NCBI RefSeq assembly: GCF_963853765.1 | Contig: NC_088861.1 | Coordinates: forward strand, 19,654,001 to 19,718,000 | Origin: Magallana gigas | Lineage: Eukaryota | DNA length: 64,000 nt | Direction: 5' to 3' | Shown: positions 60,901 through 64,000 of the stretch, piece after piece | Layout: each line of letters begins with the position of its first letter | Numbering within the stretch: position 1 is the stretch's first letter | Made by a program: the position numbers and the translations under genes | The notes under the pieces: model-generated | Database searches by the model: none | What the model saw: the letters and a program-made list of their open reading frames with translations, nothing else | Told to the model about the DNA's origin: nothing

Positions 60901-63885
60901 AAGACGATGTTGCAAATGACAGCATGGACCTGAATATGACAGGAAGTAGTGACCATAACGAAATTCACACTGACGAAAATACCGATTCGGCTAAATCTGA
61001 TTTTAATGACTCTGGTATTTCTGATTACCACGGGACTGAGTTACAAATAATAAAGCAAGAAGAATCTCAAAGACCTGTCGAGGAGAAGACAGAGGTAGAT
61101 GACGTCAACAACGAAAGGTCTGAGAAGTTCGATTTCGATCAGAACCAGGCTGTTGTAATTGACGTCACATGCGCAGATGACATCATCAGTGAAAGTGAAA
61201 TGGTCAGCGATGTTCAAAGCAGACAAGAGAAGCGAAAGCTTCCTGATGAAGAAAACGATTCCCTTGAATTACCGAGTCCTTCCGAAAGTCCTGCAGGTGG
61301 TGCTTCAGCATCAGTGAGCGCCAAGTCCTCACCAACTCGTAAAAAGAAAAAGAAGAGAGTAAACAGCCTTAGTGCCAAGATTTCGGATTTCTTCGGTGTC
61401 GCGGAATTTAGGCGACGGATATCAACTTCTTCCAGTAGATCTGACAAGAGTCCACAAGAAGACAGAAATGTGTGGTCCTCGGAAGAAAAAAAGTCGGAAC
61501 GAAAACAAAGTGGCTCCTCTATTCACGAAGATATGGAATCCAGAATTCAAGAAAACGAGGGTACATGTTCAGAAATTGAAGAAGAAATCACTCCAAAACG
61601 CTCGTTAGAAGCCAAAAGCATGCCGATGCTCAACGTTGAGCAGTCCAGTGAAAAACACGAGGGAAAAACAGGCAGCCAAACAATGCTCGTAAAGACCCGA
61701 GGGAAACCGAAAAGCAAAAGTCCATCGAAATCTTCTTTTCTGGAGAGCTTTGGATTATACACGAGTAAACCTAAGAAGAGGCCAGTCATCAGTAGCCCCA
61801 TCAAACAGCAAAACAGAAAAAGTAAGATTTTATTTTGGAAAGAAGTTTATATTTTATACATCCTAGCTGAAATAATTATTTTCAAAAAATAATATTTGTT
61901 ATAATAGTTAACCAAACAAAACGTAGAATCTTGCTCTCTGCGACCACACACACCGGTAATAGTATCTGTGAGACAGTCGCTGTCATGGTAATTAAACAAA
62001 ACAAGACACTTAAGTAAACTGCCACAGATGGATGTAGATAAATTGTTCTTTATTCTTAGAACGCCATGAACATTCTTTCTTCCGTATATTCTTACTATAT
62101 ATTGTTAAAACGTTCACTCGCTTTGTAGATTTTAAACTTTGTAAAGTATAATTTTGAATTTTAAGCTATATCAATGACCACTGAAATTTATATGATTCTA
62201 TCATTTATCTAACAATTGAACTATCGTAAGGACACCTGTTCTGTGACAATGGTTATTTCATTTTTATGCACAAGAAACATCTAATTCTTAACATACTATA
62301 GCCAAAGTCTATTTTAAGTAAATTATCAGAGTCTATTGATGTTGATATGGTGGTATTTGTTTATCTAACATCAGAGAGACATCTTTGACAATGATTACCT
62401 AATTTTCATTTACATTAAATACGAAATATCTTTATTCCTAATTTGCCTAATAGGCTTCAATTTAGAATCAAACTGAAATAAAACACACCACATTTGAAGA
62501 TCAGCTATCTAAAAAAAGGCCACCGAAAAGATAAAGTAAACGATTGACAAGTTTAAGTGACGGGATTTACATTTTAATTGACAAAGATTTACATTCGATT
62601 TTAAGTATCGTATATATAACCTCAAGATAAAAAGGTCTCCTGAATTCTAAAACATCGTAATTTCATTAAGTTATACCTACTTCAAAGGATGAAAAGTTAA
62701 CCATTAAGTTGCCATAAGCGTTATTTCAGCTTTTGATTTAATTGAAGAAAATTTTCTTTTCTGGTGTGGTTATTCGTTCTGAATAAGTAGTGATAATTGA
62801 TATTCATTTCGACACACAACAATGTGACCAAATAACGTTACTTCAAAAGTTCATATTTGATATAAACTTATTTTGGCCTTACTGTTATTTACATTGGACT
62901 AGCGTATTTTTTTTATTAACAAGATACATCATGTTGTTTTTTTTTCTTTTTTTGTAATCATCTTTATCCTCTGGGCAACTTGTTTTCCGAATATCAAACA
63001 TTCTTTGACCTTTTCGCACATTGAACGTCATGTATGCATTCTCTTTAACGCAATAAGATTAATGATGAGTAATTAGTATTCATATTTGGTGATTGGCAAC
63101 AGGTGTCCAGTTACGTGAAGATACTCGCATATACAGATGTTTAAATTGATTAATTAACTGTACAACTTTACCTCAGGTCATTAAATAACTCATATTCCAC
63201 GCTTTACACATGACTGTACGCTTTTTTGACAAGACAAAACGCCATCTTATTTTCCAGTTATATTTTTCAAGTTCAAGTTTTTAATTTTTTACTTTATCAA
63301 CATCAGTTTAAACATATGGTACATGATAATAAATAATAGAATATTATTACAATATCTTAATGCACATGTTAATTAGGTATAAGAGATAATACAGTTGTAG
63401 AATGAAAACAGAAAAGTTATACGTGTAGGACGTAAACATCATGGAGACTAGTTCATAGAGCAATAAACCACATTTCAAACAGCTACTTAAAATGTTTATG
63501 ATATTAATATCAAATTTTAGAATATTTTGAAAATTATTAATTAGGATCAAGACTATAGAAATGAGATTTGCATATAGAGGGTTAATATGGTTAATGATCA
63601 AATAATGTTGGAGTTGTACACCTACCGAAGGCGAAACATTAATTCAACGCATACAGGCAGTAAAGTGCGATAGGATTTCTCTATTTAGAGGGAAAACTGG
63701 TTATGGACGATAAGAAACCAGAATTGCTCTTTAATATCATAATCTCTCTTTCAAAAATATTCATATTCTTATACTGTTGAAGATAATTAGATTTAACGAG
63801 TTTCATTTTTTTTAAATTTTAGGTCTATTTGACGAGGACATCAATATAGACGTGGATCAAGACTTGCACATTATATCGTTATCAG
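57917..63885 (+). CDS. Partial gene of unknown identity with a 3294-nt acidic/disordered exon
   Basis: Three phase-compatible (1-1) GT-AG exons: 57917-58045 (ETSSPERTKKNAVFESPVIIPHPDKELDDGGVYKGDHSDRILK), 58528-61821 (contains most of the 1111-aa ORF; E/D/S/T/K-rich, no recognised domain) and 63823-63885 (LFDEDINIDVDQDLHIISLS). The start exon was not identified, and the gene continues beyond the window. Confidence 0.75.
60030..60392 (+). repeat. 33-bp (11-aa) coding minisatellite, ~11 copies
   Basis: Units such as gaatctgtaaatacaacagatattccgaatgaa, encoding ESVNTTDIPNE / ESEDATAIPNK. Confidence 0.9.
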
Positions 63886-64000
63886 GTAACGTTGCAATTT
63901 CTTAAGTTTCTTCAAAGGGATCGATGGTCGTGGCCATTTTAAGACTGTATTGGTCTCCTTTTAAAGAAGAGCTATGAAAAAATATAGGAAAATACCAAAT

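Noticed and set aside
58938-61804. Short antisense and alternative-frame ORFs over the giant exon
   Set aside because: Shadow ORFs of the 1111-aa frame.

Overview
AT-rich, intron-containing eukaryotic DNA. Gene content and repeat landscape suggest a marine invertebrate, probably a bivalve/oyster (inference, not proven). Splicing GT-AG exons by hand gives six protein-coding loci: (1) a partial R-Ras2/TC21-like GTPase on the minus strand (exons 1-3 present; no 3' exon found, so it probably lies left of the window), head-to-head with (2) a complete 18-coding-exon INCENP (~1189 aa, C-terminal IN-box); (3) a 224-aa protein with an N-terminal hydrophobic segment and a YccV/HspQ-like domain; (4) a 164-aa claudin/PMP22-family tetraspan on the minus strand; (5) OSTM1 (~332 aa); (6) a partial unidentified gene with a 3.3-kb acidic, disordered exon. 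Introns and intergenic DNA hold a Helentron-like element carrying a 177-bp tandem array, hairpin-ended non-autonomous elements, MITEs, a SINE, a LINE remnant and microsatellites. There are two N gaps. No prokaryotic-type system or CRISPR array is present. The most unusual signals are three tandem duplications across exon 3' ends/5' splice sites (one could add 21 aa in frame to the Ras protein), the membrane-anchored YccV-domain gene, and long palindromes centred on the GCGAAGC mini-hairpin. All coordinates were counted by hand and may be off by a few bases.
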